Shown here: positions 53,817 through 56,679 of the stretch, one piece after another
How positions within the stretch are numbered: position 1 is the stretch's first letter
Layout: each line of letters opens with the position of its first letter
Assembly: GCA_016928015.1 (NCBI GenBank)
Contig: JAFGLQ010000041.1
Span: 1 to 56,679, forward strand
Length of the DNA: 56,679 nucleotides
Origin: Dehalococcoidaceae bacterium
GTDB lineage: Bacteria; Chloroflexota; Dehalococcoidia; Dehalococcoidales; CSSed11-197
Direction of reading: 5' to 3'
The notes under the pieces: generated by a model
The model's database searches: none
Told to the model about the DNA's origin: nothing
The model's input: the letters and a program-made list of their open reading frames with translations, nothing else
Translations under genes and position numbers: made by a program

Positions 53817-54947
53817 CTAGTTCCCGGCCGAAACCGGCATCAATTCTTCGAAAGCTTCAGCCAGCCTGGCATAATCATATCCGGCATCTACAGACTTTAC
53901 TGCCGGAGTCAAGGCTCCGGTTTCTTCGGAGTCGCCGGCATCAGTCAAACTGTCCAGGTCGACACGGGTCCGGCAAACAACACCTCCGCCTGAAACAGGT
54001 TTGATCAGCCGGTGGTGATCCTTTATCCTGTTTATTACTGCGCTGTCGGGCTGTTCCTTCCCGGTAAGGGTGTCAAGAATAATGTCCGGGCGGCACAGCC
54101 TGTACTTATCAGCAACCACGCGGATATCATCCGGATGATCGCCGATATAGAGCATTACGTTAGGCCAGGGGTTGAGCGCTGTAAATACTTGCACCATTGG
54201 TTTTAAATCCAGCCACTGGCGTTCGTCGCTTAAGATTCTGGCTTTCCAGTTGGGTTCCACGAACCCGGTTTTCAGGGCGACATATTTTTTCAATTTTAAC
54301 GAGTAGACAATTAATTCAGGTACAGTAAAAGTAACATGTGTACTGTGGTCGAAGATCATCTCACTTAGAGGCTCCAGGGAGGGAGGCACTTCGGATCGTT
54401 CGTACTGGCTGTCTCCTTCCATTGAAGAAGAGTACAAATTGCAGTCGTGAACAGGCATGGCGAGAGCTTCGGATGGTTCCAGCCATTTCAACAGCGAGAA
54501 AACCATCCACCGTTCGTATCCCAGGTTGTAATATCTGTTAAAATAGCTTTGAATATCGAGCCTGCCCGTCTGTTCGAAGTCCTCCGGTGTTATCTTTTCC
54601 TTTAACAGATCGAACAAAGGGTTGAATACAGGGCGCATCATACCGTTGAGCGGGTCGTTGACCAGCCATCTGAGCGGGGCGGCAATCTTGGTTTGTCCGT
54701 GAAGTCCGAGAGCGGCAACAGCTTTGGTTTCTGCTTTGAAAAACTCGAATTTGAGTTCTTCCGCCAACGCCAGTTCGCGGGAAAAATACTGCCTGATAAA
54801 ATTTTCGCGTACCCTGTCGAAGCATACATAGAACTCGTCTCGCACATCAGACGGAATCGTTACCGAAGCGGATTCGATTTTTATTGCAGGCCTGGTTTTG
54901 ACATAACCTTCCAGCGTCCGCAAGTCTTCCTGCCAGTTATAATCCAT
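53817..54947 (-). CDS. hypothetical protein (no recognisable domain)
   Basis: 376 aa from the ATG at 54947 (AGGAGGGAAAT ATG). It is soluble with mixed alpha/beta composition and an acidic C-terminal tail. It lies downstream of yqeC-xdhC on the same strand. Confidence 0.6.
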   Translation of the reverse strand: MDYNWQEDLRTLEGYVKTRPAIKIESASVTIPSDVRDEFYVCFDRVRENFIRQYFSRELALAEELKFEFFKAETKAVAALGLHGQTKIAAPLRWLVNDPLNGMMRPVFNPLFDLLKEKITPEDFEQTGRLDIQSYFNRYYNLGYERWMVFSLLKWLEPSEALAMPVHDCNLYSSSMEGDSQYERSEVPPSLEPLSEMIFDHSTHVTFTVPELIVYSLKLKKYVALKTGFVEPNWKARILSDERQWLDLKPMVQVFTALNPWPNVMLYIGDHPDDIRVVADKYRLCRPDIILDTLTGKEQPDSAVINRIKDHHRLIKPVSGGGVVCRTRVDLDSLTDAGDSEETGALTPAVKSVDAGYDYARLAEAFEELMPVSAGN

Positions 54948-55008
54948 ATTTCCCTCCTGTCCGGCAATAAATAAACTATGATACTTTAATATAAAGAAAA
55001 CCAAAAAC

Positions 55009-55030
55009 ATTATGCAATTGATTGCATAAT
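55009..55030. promoter_or_regulatory. 22-bp AT-rich palindrome between xdhC-like gene and the hypothetical gene (operator or weak terminator)
   Basis: ATTATGCAAT-tg-ATTGCATAAT (10-bp arms). On the minus strand it is followed by GUUUUUGGUUUUC. Confidence 0.35.
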
Positions 55031-55058
55031 GGCGGGTGCCGCTTTCTTCGAATGCGGG

Positions 55059-55832
55059 TTAGTCGGCCCTTTTTACCTGGATCATCTGGGCCAGGATGGA
55101 AACCGCTATCTCTTCAGGAGTATGGGCGTGAATAGGCAGTCCTATCGGAGCAAAAATACCGGATAACTCCTCGTCGGTAATCCCTCGGGACTTGAGGTTA
55201 TCATAAACCGCTTTGTTTTTTGTTTTGCTGCCTATCATCCCGATGTAGCGCGCCGGCGTTTTCAGGGCACCTTCCAGGACAACCTCGTCGTTTTTGTGGC
55301 CATAGGTGACAATAACAATATAACTGCCCTTTTCAATTTTAAGTTCCTCGAACGAATCCTTGAATGGAGCGGTAAGTGTAGTTATTGCATCCGGGAACCT
55401 TTCCGGGATCGCAAACCCGGGCCGGTCATCGATTACAATAACTTTGAATCCGACCAAGGCGGCCATTTTGGAGAGCGCATGGGCAATGTGGCCTCCTCCG
55501 AAGATAAAAAGGGTTGGAGTCTGCAAAATGGGCTCGATAAAGACTTCCATATCGCCTCCGCAAATCATGCCAACACCTTCATCGGGCTTTTTGAGTTCAT
55601 ATTTGAAACGCTCCGGTTTTCCTTTGCGAAGTACCTCTCGGGCTGCACGGATAACCTCTTTTTCAACACTGCCGCCGCCGATGGTGCCTTTGATGGAGCT
55701 ATCCTCCAGGACTATCATTTTGGCTCCTTCTCCCCGCGGAGTGGAACCGCTGGCGGCAATAAGTGTCACCAGGGCAGCTTCTTTGCCTTCCGCTTTCAGT
55801 CTGGCTACCTCTTCGTAAATATCAATTTCCAT
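55059..55832 (-). CDS. XdhC/CoxI-family molybdoenzyme maturation protein (YqeB-like)
   Basis: 257 aa. N-domain LVTLIAASGSTPRGEGAKMIV...GTIGGGSVE, and Rossmann domain LFIFGGGHIAHALSKMAALVGFKVIVIDDRP. Confidence 0.75.
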   Translation of the reverse strand: MEIDIYEEVARLKAEGKEAALVTLIAASGSTPRGEGAKMIVLEDSSIKGTIGGGSVEKEVIRAAREVLRKGKPERFKYELKKPDEGVGMICGGDMEVFIEPILQTPTLFIFGGGHIAHALSKMAALVGFKVIVIDDRPGFAIPERFPDAITTLTAPFKDSFEELKIEKGSYIVIVTYGHKNDEVVLEGALKTPARYIGMIGSKTKNKAVYDNLKSRGITDEELSGIFAPIGLPIHAHTPEEIAVSILAQMIQVKRAD

Positions 55833-55854
55833 GTTCCTGTCCTGTTGAATATTT

Positions 55855-56640
55855 TTATAATTGGATTACGCCGATTACGGGGTTTGCATTCCTGAGTGTT
55901 CCCATTATAACACGGCTGAATATGGAGTGTCCGCTCAGCCGCCGGGCAATATCAAGTGCGCCACTCAGGTCCTCATCCGATTCTATCTTGTTGATAAAAG
56001 CAATTATTCGGGCGCCTGCCGGGCTCCCCTTTGCGATTCCCCGGGGGTGCAGAAGTAAATCCGCCACGACTTGCGGGGTTATCGTATCATCCGGGGCAAT
56101 ACCTATAACATCCGCGGCTATTTCGTGCCTGAATAGAGAGCGGTTTGCCGGCTGCCCAAGGCAGTCTATTCCCACCATGGCGACCACCAAGGTGGTCGAA
56201 CCGGCGATAACCGGTTCGGTGGCACTGGGGATTTTTACCGGTTTTTGATTGGCTCCGTCGGCTTCTATGATTATGTAATCGGCAAAACCGGCAAGCTTGT
56301 TGATCGTGGCGGTATCCGGGCCGCTGAGCTTACCGGAGTCCTTTTGCGAGCATGCCAGAGTGAGGTGGGGATGATTGGCAAGCGCCTGGCCGGCTCTGGC
56401 CAGCAGAGTTTCAGGTTTGTCTTCCAGGATCAAATACCCGGTTGCCTGCGAGAGCAGTATGTGGGTGGTGGTTGTGGTGATTACCGGTTGACGTGCGTGC
56501 TCGAGCTCGCCGGCAAGTTTTTGCATCAGGGTGCTTTTCCCACCGCCGCCCACCAGGCTTATTATTTCCCGGGTGGCAAGGCCCAGTGCGGTTGTCAGGT
56601 TGACATTCCGGAGAGTATTTACCGTTTTATGACCAGCCAA
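55855..56640 (-). CDS. yqeC: YqeC-family putative selenium-dependent molybdenum hydroxylase accessory protein
   Basis: 261 aa. Contains IISLVGGGGKSTLM, TTTTTH, IIEADGANQKPVKIPSATEPVI, and VVAMVGIDCLGQP...LFRHE...INKIES, which matches the YqeC family pattern as I recall it. TTG start after GGGAGGAGGGGGGAG. Confidence 0.65.
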   Translation of the reverse strand: MAGHKTVNTLRNVNLTTALGLATREIISLVGGGGKSTLMQKLAGELEHARQPVITTTTTHILLSQATGYLILEDKPETLLARAGQALANHPHLTLACSQKDSGKLSGPDTATINKLAGFADYIIIEADGANQKPVKIPSATEPVIAGSTTLVVAMVGIDCLGQPANRSLFRHEIAADVIGIAPDDTITPQVVADLLLHPRGIAKGSPAGARIIAFINKIESDEDLSGALDIARRLSGHSIFSRVIMGTLRNANPVIGVIQL

Positions 56641-56679
56641 ACTCCCCCCTCCTCCCAGATTCGGGCATTTGCGTCAAGA

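Noticed and set aside
1-56679. CRISPR arrays, rRNA genes, IS elements, toxin-antitoxin or defence islands
   Set aside because: No regularly spaced repeats, rRNA-like sequence, transposase or integrase motifs, or recognisable defence genes were found on either strand. The Imm-like 66-aa membrane protein at 44966-45166 is isolated between holA and pyrF and has no phage context.

Overview
This is a densely coding (about 90%) 56.7 kb chromosomal segment from a bacterium with an anaerobe-like gene set (NfnAB, FdhD, Fe-ADH, Na+-decarboxylase beta subunit). I cannot assign taxonomy from sequence alone. I annotate about 60 protein genes, one tRNA-Arg(CCU), several near-consensus sigma70-type promoters and a few hairpins. 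There are no rRNA genes, CRISPR arrays, transposases or integrases. Most genes are housekeeping: prfC, alaS, ruvX, tgt, trkAH, tatA/A/B/C, folP-folK-PTPS, folC, gmk, remA, holA, pyrF, clpC, nadA, cysE, nifS and accC. The most unusual content relates to selenium. (1) An msrB-msrA pair carries an in-frame TGA exactly where the catalytic Cys of the MsrA GCFWG motif belongs, which predicts a selenocysteine MsrA. (2) A second in-frame TGA splits a lipoprotein gene 1.5 kb away. (3) A yqeC plus xdhC-like pair, markers of the selenium-dependent molybdenum hydroxylase maturation trait, sits at the right edge next to an unrecognisable 376-aa protein. Other points worth follow-up are listed below. A tandem DUF1538 membrane-protein pair is coupled to a PII-like gene, suggesting an uncharacterised regulated transporter. 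A COG0720/PTPS gene is fused into the folP-folK operon in place of folB. A YchF homologue has degenerate nucleotide-binding motifs. There is a nifS / PurM-like / fdhD / nadA coupled cluster, and an oadB gene with an unannotated oadG-like micro-ORF but no alpha subunit. An AT-rich 1.16 kb gene graveyard holds a decayed dual-specificity phosphatase pseudogene. All calls come from reading motifs by eye; no database search was possible.
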